The position numbers were made by a program, and so were the translations under genes. Source: Octopus vulgaris (Eukaryota). From it: a stretch of DNA of 64,000 bases. A model generated the notes under the pieces. That model ran no database searches, was not told where the DNA came from, and saw nothing but the letters and a program-made list of their open reading frames with translations. Location of the stretch: assembly GCA_951406725.2 (NCBI GenBank), contig OX597825.1:57288001-57352000 (forward strand). The letters are read 5' to 3'. Shown here in pieces: positions 1-13,800 of this stretch; the first letter of the stretch is position 1, and every line of letters begins with the position of its first letter.

Positions 1-342
1 CACTCTGACTGTTGTTACTTGTAGGGCTGCAGGACTCCCTCAAACCCACCCAAGAAGCAAATTCGATAGAATTACTTGTTTAGCTGTTGATGATCCAGCC
101 AAGAAACGGGGTGCACACTTACATGTTACTTTAGGCAAGAAGCCAAATACCCAAGACATTGAGCGTATATGTATATATGTGTTTATTTATGTATATATAT
201 ATAAATAAAAACTGAACTTTGAACAAAGGATTTAACGCGTATACATCCTGATAAGCCAAACATGGCGAATCTTCGAAATTACTGTCAAAGATTTATTGTA
301 AATGTTTGTGTGTGTGTATGTATATACTCGTGCTAGAGCAAG

Positions 343-1072
343 TCATTATTTTCAATGCACTTTTATTTTTATTCCTATTGGCGGGAAAGTTAGTTTCGCG
401 CGCATCACTTGAACGTGCTCTCCCAGTCACAACAGTGCAGGCCTACACTTGAAATATCAGCGAAGTTATTGTTTTTAACTATGACCATGACTGTTCTGCA
501 TGATTTCATAACCAGAATCATAACAAATTTACATATTCTTTGTCAATTCATCAGTCATTGCCCGTCTGGACTAGTTCAGTCTTATTACTCACACAAGAAA
601 ATGGTCAAACATCAAGTTAGTTCTTGATGCACGTCATCTTGTATGGTCATTAAAAGTTTTTAGCCCAATCGTTCACGATTATAGCGTCAGGATATTGTCC
701 CACTGCCATTAGAATCCTTCGATGAATTTCGGCCTCTGATTGATAAACCTTCAATTTACTATGGGGGATAAAAAAGCATCATTGAATTCTGCTCTTGACG
801 CAAACAGAATGCTGAGCAGCAGCCATAGTTAACTCAAAAACAACTTAAGAGGCATTTAATATTCAAACTAGAGTGAGACTACAGTTAGTGATGCATGCAA
901 AAATAATTTTCCCGCCAATCGGCAAAGAGAATTTTCAGTGAATTGCAGCCATTGTTCATCTAATAACGATAACTTAACTGATGTTTCAAATTCAAACCTG
1001 CACTTTAAGTGTCTACTGATGCGTGCGGAACTATTTTTCCCGCCAAAGAACTCAAGTGAATTGCAGATAATT
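343..1072 (-). mobile_element. Decayed, internally deleted mariner/Tc1-type DNA transposon remnant with long inverted subterminal repeats
   Basis: attggcgggaaagttagtttcgcgcgcatcact (377-409) is matched in inverted orientation at 888-920 and again at ~1017-1047. The - strand translation from ATG ~826 gives ...AEIHRRI...VNDWAKNF with stops, resembling a mariner N-terminal HTH. Confidence 0.5.
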
Positions 1073-1140
1073 TATAACTCTTGTGTATGTGTGTGTGTGT
1101 GTGTGTATGTACACACACACACACACAGGTAACCAGAAGA

Positions 1141-1360
1141 TGGTGAGCTAGCAGAAATACCAGAGCTTCAAGGAAAAAACGCTTTCTAGTTTTTGTTTCG
1201 ATTCGTTACACCCTGAATTCAAATCCAGCCGAGGTCAACTTTACCCTATATCCTTCCTGGGTCGATAAAATAAAGTACCAGTCAAATACTACGCTCGATA
1301 GTAGCGATTAACCCCTCATCTTCGAATTGCTGGCATTGTTATGCCCTAAATTAGAAATTT
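1141..1360 (+). mobile_element. tRNA-derived SINE, family B (gagctggcagaa...ttcatccttt.ggggtcgataaaataagtaccag)
   Basis: Matches the family recurring at 5230, 20320-21520, 30660-31440 and 53340-60116. Confidence 0.75.
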
Positions 1361-1587
1361 AACGTATATAAAGTAATCTGAATTGAACATTCATCCCTAC
1401 TATCACTTCGTTATCAACTGGTTTCTAGCCAGTTTGATGATGTGTATACTTGTTGCTTGGCTTCCTGATCGAGTATACCTATAATTAAAACCATTCTAGC
1501 CGTGACTATCACGTTTTTTTTTTTCAGGTGTACAGTGATAATTATACTTCATAATAGGAAATATTTGATAGCTGTTTGATATTTAAG

Positions 1588-2052
1588 TACCGTAAATCCT
1601 CGAGTATAGTCCGCCCTTGGGTATAATACGCAGGGGATTTTTAGGGGGCTGTACCTCTGAAAAACCTAAACCTTGTGTATAATACACACCCCTTCTCTAA
1701 CTTGAGTCAAGGAGGTCTATATAACGTCCTTGTTTTGTATATACGGTAACGTCCTTTATTATTATTGTATATATAACATAATGCAAACGTGTAGCTTTTT
1801 TTGTGCATTTTGTTTGTTGAAAATAGAGAAATAACAGTAATAACGTTTAATAAATGTTGCTTACTGCAAGTTATGGATGATTCTTATATGACTTCATTGC
1901 TTTCAGGCTTAGCTTAAGGTATTTTCGCGCCCGACATCACAAAATGTCTGAGTAAACATTGCCGGACAGCAAATAGACTCATACATTGCTTAGAAAATAT
2001 TTTTCATTTTTAACCTCGTATATAGTACGCACTAGTGATTTTGACCTTTAAA
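1588..2052. mobile_element. Tc2/pogo-like non-autonomous DNA element fragment
   Basis: Begins TA-CCGTAAATCCTCGAGTATA. The subterminal motif CTYG.GTATARTMCGC is repeated about 4 times. Confidence 0.55.
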
Positions 2053-2108
2053 TTAAATCGAGATATCTATTTCAGTCGAATTATTTGAATAAAGTTTGTT
2101 TTTGTTTG

Positions 2109-2392
2109 TTCCTTCTGGAGCCATGCCTGGCTCATAAGGGCCGGTTTCCTTGGCGTATAGGTTCCAAGGTCAGGGCGCCGATACGTCGCAGGTGAGCTGC
2201 AAGATGCAGGAGGAAAGAGTGAGAGAAAGTTGTGTAAGAGTCAGCAGAAGTTCACCATTACCTTCTGCCGGAGCTACGTGGGGCTTAGGTGTTTCGCTCA
2301 TAAACACACACATCGCCCGGTCTGAGATTCGAACCCGCGATCCCTCGACCTCGAGTCTGTTGCTCTAACCACTTGGCCATGTGCCTCCACAT
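2109..2392 (-). mobile_element. tRNA-derived SINE, family D
   Basis: On the - strand there is an A box (tggccaagtgg) and a B box (ggttcgaatc). Homologous to the + strand copy at 49521-49822. Confidence 0.8.
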
Positions 2393-2537
2393 TTGAATAA
2401 GTCAAGAACTGAAAACAAAAGTTCAGAAATATTGCCCTAAAATCCTATCGATTACCCAATTTCTTTTATCGATCGATTGAAAGTGTTTGAGCAATGTTCC
2501 TTAAAAAAGAAAAGACAAAAACAAAAATAAGACTGGC

Positions 2538-2830
2538 TTACAATCATGAGATAGTGAGTTCGATTCCCCGACCGGGCTGTGTTCTTAAACAAGGCACTTT
2601 ATTTCACATGGCTCCAGTTCACTCAGCTGCAGGAATGAGTTGCGATGTCGCTAGTGCCAAGCTATATCGGCCTTTACCTTGGATAACATCGGTGGCGTGG
2701 AGAGGGGAGGTCGGTATGCATGGGTGACTGTTGGTCATCCATAAACTACCATGCCCGGACTTGTGACTCAGAGGGTAACTTTATAGGTGCAATCCCAAAG
2801 TCATTCATGACCGAAGGGGTCTTTTTTTTT
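2538..2830 (+). mobile_element. 5'-truncated tRNA-derived SINE (V/Deu-like body)
   Basis: B box gagttcgattcc, then caaggcactttatttcac and a T-rich tail. Confidence 0.6.
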
Positions 2831-2917
2831 TACCTTGTCCTGTGATCTGAGTTCCAAATATACTTGGATATACTGATTATTTCCCCTCTACCAAAATGAA
2901 TGATCTTGTACCACGTA

Positions 2918-3252
2918 AGCGTGACTATATGGTAAGTCTGCTTCCCAACAACATGGTTCCGGGTTCTGTCCCACTGAATGGCACCTTGGGCAAGGCCACT
3001 AAAACCTTATTAGTTGATTTGGTAGAAGGTAGACGAAACTGAAAGGAGCCAGCGATGTGTGTGTGTGGATGGGGGGTTGTTCCTCACCACCGCTTGACAA
3101 CAGGTGTTGATTTATTTACACCTTCGTAACTTAGTGATTGGGCAAAAGTGGCCGATTAAAGAAGTACTGGGGTTTGATTCTTCCGACTAAAACCCTTCGA
3201 GGAGGTGTCCCAGCATGGCCGCTGTCCAGTGACTGAAACAAAAGATAAAAGA
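2918..3252 (+). mobile_element. tRNA-derived SINE, family A (internal microsatellite, ends gactgaaacaa.taaaaga)
   Basis: Contains the cttcccaac.acatggttccgggttc.gtcccactg...ggcaccttgggcaag motif shared by many copies in the window. Confidence 0.8.
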
Positions 3253-3416
3253 CGGCAGAAGTGATGGAAGAACATTGGAGTAAATGTCTAGTATTTAGTC
3301 TCTTGTAGTTTTAAGTTAACAAGTTCTTGAAGATAGTGAAAGTAGCTGAGCAGTAACCATTACTTTTGAAGTTACTCCCAAACACAAAAATTGATACATT
3401 TGATTTTCAGCCAGAG

Positions 3417-3670
3417 CAATGTTTATCAACCATTTCTCCCTATAGGCCCTTTTGATTCTTAATTTTACTTGGATCGACCCTCCTAGTCATTCGATGTTTA
3501 AAAAATTATATTTTTATAAATATCATCAGAATTGTATATAAAAAATATTGTTATAGTATTTTGAATATTTTAGAAGTATAACCAATTTATTGCAGATAAA
3601 TTTTAACAAAATCTTATATGCTCCCCTCCCTCCACCTCAGGGCCATATAAAACCCGGTTGAAAATCACTG
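3417..3670. mobile_element. hAT-type MITE
   Basis: Degenerate TIRs caatgtttatcaacc / ggttgaaaatcactg and an imperfect 8-bp TSD (agccagag/aactagag). Same family as 36872-37099. Confidence 0.6.
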
Positions 3671-3679
3671 AACTAGAGC

Positions 3680-4950
3680 ATATGGTTACCGAAGGGGAAG
3701 GGTACGTGAGCTGGGGAAGAAATTCCAAAACATTTATGTAGTTCGCGGGTGTAAAGACGGGGTGAAGTGTATAAGTGTAAGATAAGAGAAGTGACACAGT
3801 AAAATTGACAAAAGGAGATAGGTGATTTTAGTGGACCTAGATGGTGATGTTTAGCTATGTTGTTCAGTGATAAAAGGAGAAACTATTTCTAAACGAGACG
3901 TTGTGTGTCGGTGAGTGTATCTATGCCGCCAGTAGTCGAACGTCCTTGATTAGAATGTCTTTAAAATTTTTGTGCATCAGCAGTACTGTCCCAAACATGA
4001 GGAGCAACATTTTCTACGGACGTTACTTAAAGTTAGAATCAGCAGCCGATCACAGAAGATAAAATGCTAGTCTTTGTAATACATTGTTGGCATATTTATC
4101 TAAGTAGAATCACCACGTAAGATATGACACTATGAAGTGACACTAAAGAATTTTGTTGACCGTTGTTCGTAATTAAAAAAGGTGGTTTACAAACAAGACT
4201 GCTTCTGTGATTGTGTTGTAGTGTATCAGGAAATTTGGTTGTTTATGTCTTTACTGAAAAATGTTTCCAAGATTTTTGTTCATGGACGCTCTCTTTGCTT
4301 GGTGTAATGTATTTAAGTTGATGCTATCCACGTACATACCGAACTCCAGTGTATGGAAAGTTAAGGAGTAGACTGTGATATCATGTACACAGGACAGTGT
4401 AGTCTGAAAGTGATAGCATGTAGGTCGTTAATGTAGAAATGGAAAAAAGTGGGAGTCATTACCGAATTTCGGAGTTTACCAAAGTAGAACGAAGGTCGCA
4501 GAGAAGCACTTGAGTACATACTACTACTGTAAGCTCCAAGAGGAAGTTTCCAGTGTCAGACGGGTGTTGCTATAAGCGATATCCGTCTGAGTAAGGTAAT
4601 TACGAGATTCTGATACCAGACGCGATCTAGGTCTTTGTTGATGTTGTCATATGATAATATTACTTTTGTCAGGGTGAGAAGCTACTGATGGGTGACACAA
4701 GAAAATAAGTTAACGATAGTTCAAGACCTGTGGAGGATATACTCGGTGGTCTCCGAGGAGAAAACTCAAGGTAATGAAGGATCGCTTTATGTCTGTAGAT
4801 TGCCAGTCCAGGGTGAGACACCGTAGGAAAACTTGCTGAAAAGTTTGGCGAAGATAGCAGGGTGGGTGCTTTACAGTGCACAATTTAAGGGTGCTGGAAG
4901 AGACCGTGCGTTGGAGCGATGAGAGAGGTTTTCCCGCGTAACAGCTCTGT
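3680..4950 (-). mobile_element. Highly decayed CR1/Jockey-clade LINE reverse transcriptase remnant
   Basis: - strand fragments NINKDLDRVWY (cf. DISKAFDRVWH), FFHFYINDL and VAPHVWD (cf. EYCSHVW), with many stops. Confidence 0.6.
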
Positions 4951-5074
4951 ATTCCAGAAAATGTATGTGCCATGAAACACATGTTGGAGGTACCGTAAAA
5001 TATGCGTTGATTACCAGCATACGGTAGATGTTGGGGAACCAGGAAATGGTTACGTACCGGGAGTTTTATATTGC

Positions 5075-5550
5075 TACAGATGTTTGTTGATGTGATGTGA
5101 AATGTAATGTCATCACAAGACATCAATGTACTATGGAGTGTAATCGCTGGATGAATGTTGGCGTGCCATCATTAGATGTATGCTGGCGTGCCATCACTGG
5201 AGGTACGTCAGTGTGCCATAGCCAGAATACGGCTGGCAGAAACGTTTGCACGTCGGGCGAAATACTTAGCGGTATTTCGTCTGCCGTTACGTTGTGAGTT
5301 CAAATTCCACCGAGGTCAACTTTGCCTTTCATCCTTTCGGGGTCGATTAAATAAGTACCAGTTACGCACTGGGGTCGATATAATCGACTTAATCCGTTTG
5401 TCTGTCCTTGTTTGTCTTCTCTGTGTTTAGCCCCTTGTGGGTAGTAAAGAAATAAGAAATACGTTAGTGTATCACTGCTAAATATTTGTTGGTATACCAT
5501 CGTTAGATATGTGTGCCTACATAAGCTGTACGTTGGTATTCCTCTAGATG
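5075..5550. repeat. Degenerate ~25-bp minisatellite interrupted by a young family-B SINE (5230-5458, +)
   Basis: gytggcgtgccatcaytrgakgtay units occur on both sides of an intact SINE copy. Confidence 0.6.
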
Positions 5551-5910
5551 AACTAGACCAAACATTCCAGCCTGGGATTCTCCTCTTACAACCCTACTGA
5601 CTCTCCCTATTTGACATTTCACATTGTTTTGATTTCTATTTCAAATCCAAGTGACTTATTTCCAAACGTGACTATGCCACCTTCATGTAGTTAGTACTAT
5701 CAAGAGGACCCTGACACTTTTTCCAACAAAAAGCTCTGTTTAAGCATTATTTTCACTGTACACCAACAGCTTTTGTTTATATTACCCATCTGATTCATGC
5801 TGACTTTCTAGGTTGTTGTAATTTAGTGCACAGATGATGTTCACTCCCAATCAGTTTCCCCATCATCTTATCTTTTATTCAGAAATGATGCATCTGAACG
5901 CACGAGTTCG

Positions 5911-6101
5911 GCTTTAGCGGGCACGATTTTGTTAGGTTATATCCCTAGGATATGCAAATGCGGGCGGTCTTGTGGTTTTGTGTTTACAGCTGAAAGTAAC
6001 GATGTTTCTGCTAGTTAGCATGCTGTAAACACAAACCATGTGGCCATCCTGGTTTTGCGTCTTCGAGGGATATAGTTAAACAAAATCGCGTCCTCTAAAG
6101 C
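5911..6101. repeat. Imperfect ~190-bp foldback (MITE-like)
   Basis: gctttagcgggcacgattttgttaggttatatccct pairs with agggatatagttaaacaaaatcgcgtcctctaaagc. The inner tttgtgtttacagc pairs with gctgtaaacacaaa. Confidence 0.65.
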
Positions 6102-7271
6102 GTACCCACGAGATCACAGGGCTAAGGTAGTAGGGTGTTAGTTGAGGACGATTTGACTGTTATTTCTACCAGATCAAGCAAACGTGCTGTGGTTCCTTCA
6201 TTTGCTGACGTGTTGGTGTCTGGAGGGATAAATGTAGCCCTGCCGTTAGATGTATGTTGACCTATACTTGTAAAGACTATGAGTTACTAGGGCTTAATTT
6301 TTTTCAAAACCATCATTAAATCGCCACTGTATGGCTAGTGTGTTTGTTAAATGCCATGGCTACATTTCCATTAGTGTGACAGCAAAATGTTAGTGATTCT
6401 AGGTAGTTAGCGAAATAAAATAACACAGAGGATTGATATATTATTGTTAGGCTGCCTTTCTAACATTTTTACAAGACTACATAGAACTTGATAAAGAGAG
6501 GGCTAATCGATTAAATCGATAACAGTAATTAAATTATGAAACCCAGTCGAAAGAGAAGCGAAGTCGATCTAGTTGGAATACGAACGCAAGACGTAACTAA
6601 ACAGTGCAAAGTATTTGTCCGATTTTCTGCTATGTACTGCTTTTTGTTTCCTAATAATAGAATTTAAAAAAAAATCGTATATAAACAAACTGAATCTTTA
6701 TCTTTTACATTTTCTCTCTCTCTTTTTTCTTGCTGTGTGGTTTGAGTGCCTGTCTGTGTGTGGCTCGGATATTTGTGTCAGAGGGGTTGTTTGTATATGG
6801 ATGTGGAGTTTGTGTTCGTGTGTGGCGTGGTGTCTCGTGTTGTGTTCGTGTATTGATGAGTGTGTGTTTGTGTGATTGTATGTGACTTGACGGCTGCGTG
6901 GTCTGGAGGTGTTTTGTTTTGTGTCGTTGAAGAGTATCTGGATTTCGCTAGATAGCTCGTGTGCGTGGGTGTTTTGTGTTTATAAGAATAGGATGAGGGG
7001 GACTGATATCGAATATAAAATTTCCTGAAAGGCATGGACGCCATGTAATCTTATTTTTCGATTCTTTGTAGATCTATGTGGTTTTATGCAGCATTATATA
7101 AGTCCAATAATTAACTCATTATTTAATATTATGCTTCACTTAACTAGTTGAGGCCATTTTAGTTCCCTTATGCTACTCATTAATATATTTTAGGAAAAAC
7201 ATGAACACTACAATTTCTCCTCCACTTTCATTTCCCCATCCAAACAGTCTTTGTATCTCGTTTAAAGCTTA

Positions 7272-7312
7272 AATATTTTATACAAACCCTGTAAGGGTTT
7301 GTATAAAATATT
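7272..7312. repeat. Perfect 19-bp-stem hairpin with GTA loop
   Basis: aatattttatacaaaccct-gta-agggtttgtataaaatatt. Confidence 0.9.
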
Positions 7313-7519
7313 AGTCTAAGATTCTCATGAGTAATGTTTGCATCCCGGTTTCAATTTGTGTTTAAGCCAAATTTACTGTCTCTAATTCTGTCGGGAAAAG
7401 CACGAACCTGTCTTACCCATTAAAAATATCGAACAGTTTGTCTAAACTCATCATACACATAAAAAAATATAAAAAATCCATCGCCAACTAGTATATCGAG
7501 AATTTTTTCTGGCTCATAA

Positions 7520-7878
7520 CGAACCATTTTCGCGCGGCTGTTGGATTCATTTCGCTTCATTTTTGTTGCTACTGCAGCTTTCTTCTTCGTCTTTAAATGT
7601 CTATTGCCATGTGCCTAGTCTAAATAAATCGATACAATTATTCTGCTAGTGTTTATATATATATATTTATTTATATACAAAGTGCCGGAGAGGGTGAGAT
7701 GATTGATTATTGTAAAAAGAAAGAAAAATACTAATTAGAATAAATCGTGTCGTCGAAAGAGAGACCACGCGGGGTGGACGGGAGAGCAAAGAGTTGCCGG
7801 CTCTGCTTGACTCCGATTGGCTAACATGGAGCACGTGACACTATCTTGTCATTGCTGGTTCCACTACATTTTTCTTTG
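7520..7878 (+). promoter_or_regulatory. Probable promoter and short first non-coding exon of gene 1
   Basis: Local CpG enrichment. E2F-like TTTTCGCGC 7527-7535, GC-rich box ~7768-7782, reverse CCAAT (ATTGG) 7816-7820, E-box CACGTGAC 7832-7839, Inr-like TCATTG 7849-7854, donor G|gtaagc at 7878/7879. A second strong donor AG|gtgagt lies at 8101/8102. Confidence 0.6.
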
Positions 7879-10800
7879 GTAAGCTCGATTTGGCTATCTT
7901 TTTATATTTCTATTTGACGGATAAATTCCACAAACGGCCGTTTATTTACTGTCATAGTTAAACATTAATATATATTCATGTGTGTGCTTGTACATAAACG
8001 TATATAACCGAGGCGATCGAGTTTTGTGGACGTTGCAAATTGGAGGGGTGAAGGTCTGTTTCTTTCATTTCTATGGGTTCTCTGTCCGAGACTATATAGA
8101 GGTGAGTGGTGTTATCGTTGCTTCTCTCCTTGTCTTAGATCGCGATCGCTTCACATTTGTAACAAGGCATTTGTAATCAGTAAATCGATTTAAGAGTCGG
8201 TCGCTCTTTTTATTTTTATTTGAATTGTATTGTTTACTTTATTTTCTTCCTTTCCCTTTGCTGCCATTTCCTCTGTATAAACACTATATTTTATATATAT
8301 ATATCTCTCTATATATATAGCTTAATTTTTTTTCAACTGGTCGTTTGATACCTGTATGTTTTGGTATGTGCATGCTTCTGTGTATTATTGATCAATATAC
8401 AATATATATCTACACATATGCGAGTCCCAAATAGAATATTCATACACAAATCTCTCTTTCCCTCCTTAACTATCTCCCCCCCTCTCTCTCTCTCTCTATA
8501 TATATATTCCACACGAGACTTGCATGCATGTAGGTATTTAATGATTTGTAATTGTTTTAATTGATCCCCCCCCTAATACATGTGTAGGCCTCTGAACAAA
8601 CACGTGGATTTACGCTGCATATATATATGTACATCTACAGTAGATATTTTCATAACTCTTTGTGCATTGCATGTGTGTGTGTGTATACATACGTACATAT
8701 ACACACACGTATTTATTCTGAAATGTTTAGCGAAGTCTGCTTTTTCAGCAATAAACCTGGGCAAATGTTTTAATAGAGAACCTGCTTGTACAGCGTTGGT
8801 GGCAGCAGTACTCTCTGTCTTGCTACTGTGATCTCTAAGTAGGACACAACCTATAAGGTAGGAATAGAGTTAAATGTCTTCTCTAATTATAACCTATACA
8901 GGTGCCAAACTTCCATTGTCTTTCCTTCGCATGTTTTATTACTTTGGAGGAACTTGTTGATTAATCTGGATCGATCGTTACGTACATATTTATATATGAA
9001 TGAAAATAGAATTAAAATTTATTTGATTTAACAAATATTTCTATTTTACTGTGTCTATTTAATTATAGAATATTCGTAAACGTAAGAGTGATGTTTTGTA
9101 ATAACCTCTTGGGAATATTTCATTGTTCTTTTTTTCCTGTACCTGTGTTAGTTGCAGATTGTAATGAGTACTTAGGCAGGTGTACTGATCGTCGTAATTG
9201 CGTAAACATGGACCTTTTGTTTCATAAAACAGTGCCATATTTTTAAATGGCAGTATGTGTTTAAATGTCTGGTTTAATATAACCAATGTCTATATTTATA
9301 ATTATATCGTTCTTATAAGTGTGCTGAAAATATTAAATAGAAACAGTTTCAGTGTAGCCTATCCTTATATATTCCTTGGTGTCCATTACAAATACCAGTA
9401 TTGGAGCCTTTGTGAACACTTGTTTTACGTTTTAATGTTAGAAAATGTGGAATTGACTTTTGAAAAATGGTGTGATTGTTCCAGTTTTTGTATTAGTATT
9501 TCTAATCTTCGATAATATGCTTGTTGTAAGGTTTCTCTTCCAATAGGATGTCATACATTAAAATATCGTCCATTTATTTGGATTATTCTGGCATTGGAAA
9601 AAGAAGAAAAAAAAAAGAAAAAGAAAAGGCTAGAAAGCTTGGGCGCCAAAACTAACAGTTTTCATTTCTTCAGATAGTATACACGGCCACTGATGTGAAG
9701 AGGAGTCAAGCTGTGTGCTTGTCAAGGCCATTGTTAATTTTTGATCACGTTGTTAGGGTGGTGGCGTGGTAGTAGACATTATAGGCTGCCGGATTATAAT
9801 GCCTAGCAATATTTAGTTTTCTCCTTCTACATTGCCCATGCCCGTGTTATAAAATTATCAGTCGTTCGACTTGACAACTCTCGACATCTGTTAGGCCTTG
9901 TAGTCAATGCGAGAAATAATTTTTTATCAGCATTTTCGTGTAATCCAAAACTAGGGTCTTAGGAGTTGCTTGAGCTTGGCAGTAATGTCTTGTTCGTCCT
10001 CGAGATGGAGTTGAAGTAAAACAATTTATTTTACTACTCTGGGTGGAAGATGCACATTGCATGTGAGACATGTTTTATCGTATCAACAATCAGTCTCAAG
10101 TGCAGTATCGATGCAACTGAAGTACATGACTACAACTAACAATAAAAACAAGGTCATAGACAAGAAATTGGGTCACTGTATCGAGAAGTAGGCTGCAGAC
10201 TCAGAAGTAGGTCATGGTTTCCAGAGCATGTCAGTCTCCTTAAGTCGCTATTAATTTCTATTGTTTTCTGATAAATTTAATTGCTCAGCTATTGAAACTC
10301 TTGTTAACAAAAAATTATTTTCTATAATTGATTTTATAAGATAATTGTAATCGTGGTAGACCGACATAGCCACTGACTATTTTAGAGTTTAATGTTGCAG
10401 TTGTACAACATAAATTTATGTGGTTTCTGTCAGAAATACGTGTATTACAGTAAAAATAGTGCAAGAGAAAGCAATTCCTTTTAAACTAATATTCACCTAG
10501 TGATGGGAGACAATGTTTGTTAGGCTAAAAATGTGGAACGTGCGTTTGCACACACCAGCAATCATTACATACAGGCTGTTATCTGAAGTCTCAGTCAGCT
10601 CTTTGCAACTTGTTCTTCAAATAAGTGTCGGGTGGGGTCAGTACTTACTGGTGAATGTATTGAAGATAAAAAAACAATGAAATCAGCATTTTTTGTCATG
10701 GAATTCAGAATCTCATTAATTTGGCATGCAAGATTTTATAAAGACAAAATGGCTGTTTTATCAAGTCATGCATGTGTGACTTGTTGAATGTCTTAATTGC

Positions 10801-13800
10801 ATTTAGAAAGAATGCATATATAAAAAAATGAAACCATTGGTGAATTTTGTATAGGGATGTAATTTTGGTTTTGACCCAAATTAACCTTAAAATTTGTGTT
10901 GTATAATTGCAACTTCAACACTTTGTTAGTTAACCCTTTAGCATAAATTACTGTTAAATGTATCATCTTGTAGCTTTGAGGTTTCAATAATGTGATTGTA
11001 TATTTTTAGAATGACATTGTAAGATAGGTGTGGGAGATCAGATCTGGCTGACATGTACATATAGCAGATAAAATATTTTGGCCGGATGTGACCTATTTAA
11101 ATGCTAAAAATGGTAGGTTTTACAATCAAAGGCTGTATATTTATACTTGTGTGCCTATCTCTACATAGGCACAAGTGTGGTCAGCATGAGAATATTGTGT
11201 ACATTTCTGGGATTGTGAATCTGTTAGATACAAAGAAAATTAACACAGTGCTTCCAACATCATAATTCTTCATTAGCATTTAACTTTGTAAAAGTGATGT
11301 CTGAAGAGGGGGTTATTTTTGTATGATAGCAGTAATGTTTTTCTCTAGTAGAGTAAATAGAGTTTCAAGATAAAGCACAGAGGTATCACTCACATACAGC
11401 TGAATAAATGTAGAAGTATCCCAAACAGACACTTTGGGCTTAGATTTGGTTATGAGTCAACATTATCACTATCTACAAAGTGTTTTGATCAAGTTGCATG
11501 TCCAGTACTCCTTTCTAGTTTCTGTTTATTCTGCTTCTCATTTTCGTATGATTATGTTCCATTTATTATAGCTTAACAGAAAGTTTTATTTTATACAATT
11601 GATGTTTTGGGGTGGCCTCTCTCTTCTTAAGATTCACTGCATGAAATAACAAGATCTGTTAGAGCTTTGAGTTTCATCTTAGAGCTAGATGTACTTGTCT
11701 GGTTCATTTCCATTAACCAACCCATTCATGATTCTTATCAGGCTTGGTTTGTGCTTGTTTGATTAACTTACTAGCAGTGATCATTCTCTATTGATGTTAT
11801 TAGGACAGTATTTGATGATGTACCCATCCCTTTTGAGTTCAGTAGCCTACTCCCTTTGCCTTTCATCATTCTTGGATGAATAAATCAAATAAGAATTCAA
11901 GTACTAGGGTTGAGATGACTGACTGTACATTACTCTTGTTCCATTGTTAATAATTTTGCTATTCACAAATATGCTAAGATTTGTAGGAAAGAGTGAACAA
12001 GATGCCATATAATATATATTGCTGTCCAAGTTCATATTTTAAATCTTACTGGATTCAACATTCAAGTGCCAGTCATATACTGATGTTGACTTCTCACTTT
12101 CAGATCCTTGATTGAGTGTATCATATTTAAATGAGACAACAGCCTGTCATTAACCTGATAAGTTAGAACATATGGTTTGCATCTTAGAATCCCCATTGCG
12201 TGGGGAATGGGGAGTTAAAAGAGGCTTCATTGTAACATTGAAGAAGTCCTGTTAATAGAAGTCCCCTTGGTGTGTTATTTTTTTATTGGGGCAACTAGGG
12301 TGTCTGATCATAAACTGAATGATACTTTTGATCACTAACTGAGAGAAGGGGACAATTGTTGTGTGTTTTATGCATTACTGCTTTGAATATTTTATACATT
12401 TGATGTATGTGAATGTGTATATACAATCCTTATATATATATATATATATATGTGTGTATGTATGATATATGCATACACATATGAACATCTTCACTTGTTT
12501 GTATATAAATGTCTTTGTAAATATGCTTGTATACATATACTTCTGTTCTATGTGTGTGTGTTTGTGTGTTTTTATATGGCACAAGCATGGCTGTATAGTT
12601 AAGAGGTTCTCTAAGAAACCACGTGGCTCCAACTACATTTCCTTTGAAACTGTAGAAGCCTATTGTACCTATGTGTTTGTGTTTATTTTGCAAGTGTTGT
12701 ATCAAAAAATGTATCTTAGCCATTCAATAAGTAGAGATCAATAAAATAAGTTCCAGGATGAAGCTAGTAAAAGAATGTATGCTTGTATACAGGTATGTGA
12801 GTGTATACACATACAGTACCCTATGTGTTAGTTTCCTATTCATACAGTCAGTCTGGTTTTCATGTCCACTTTTCTATGCTTGAGTCAGATGGAATTTATG
12901 GAGATTTTCTTGAAGTCAGTTGCCCTTCACCAACCCTCATTTATTTCCAACTAAGGTAATATTTCTCTTGGCCAGATATCTTTTTGTTGACGACTGGGAA
13001 CAAATGACACTGCTTTGTTTGTAAATAGTGTTGGTGCCTTACAATCGTCATGTGGTGTCAAGACGGGGACCAACATACACATGTGTACAACAGGCTTCTT
13101 TCAGTTTCTCTCTACCAAATCCACTCAAAACTTTGAGTGGCCTGGTGCTATAATAGAATACAGTTGCCCAAGGTGTCCTACTGTAAGACTGAACCTGGCA
13201 CCATGCTGTTGGAATGCAAACTTTTTAACCACACAGGCAGACGATTTTTGCAACTGAATCAAGGAAATTGCTTCCATAAGTTTTTTAGATTATTTATATA
13301 TATATGCATTCACCATTGGTATATTCTATTTATATACAACACATGTGTACACAACATGTTAGATCTCTTGCACTATTGAGGATGTGTTTATAATTGCATG
13401 TTTATTATATCTCCTAATAGTACTCTTAGCCTTCTCTGAGCACCATTGTTTGGTTCTCTTGCCTTTCAGTGCCCAAAGACACATAAGTATACTCACATGT
13501 ACACATACACACACATAACACCTAACTTGTTTGCATGTGCACATCTGCATATGCACACATACTCACAAACAGAACTTTGACATTGGTTTCTTTCTGAAGG
13601 AAAGAAATATTTCTTCAGGCTATTCTCACCACTACTACCAGCATCATTCCCATCACTATCACCACCACCACCATCATCATCGTCATCATTAGTAATATCA
13701 GTTTCTTACAAAATCATAGAGGTTCACCCACAAATTTGTGACCTTCATCATGACCTTCCACTAACATCTATCTACATATGTAATTAAAAACAAGAAAATA

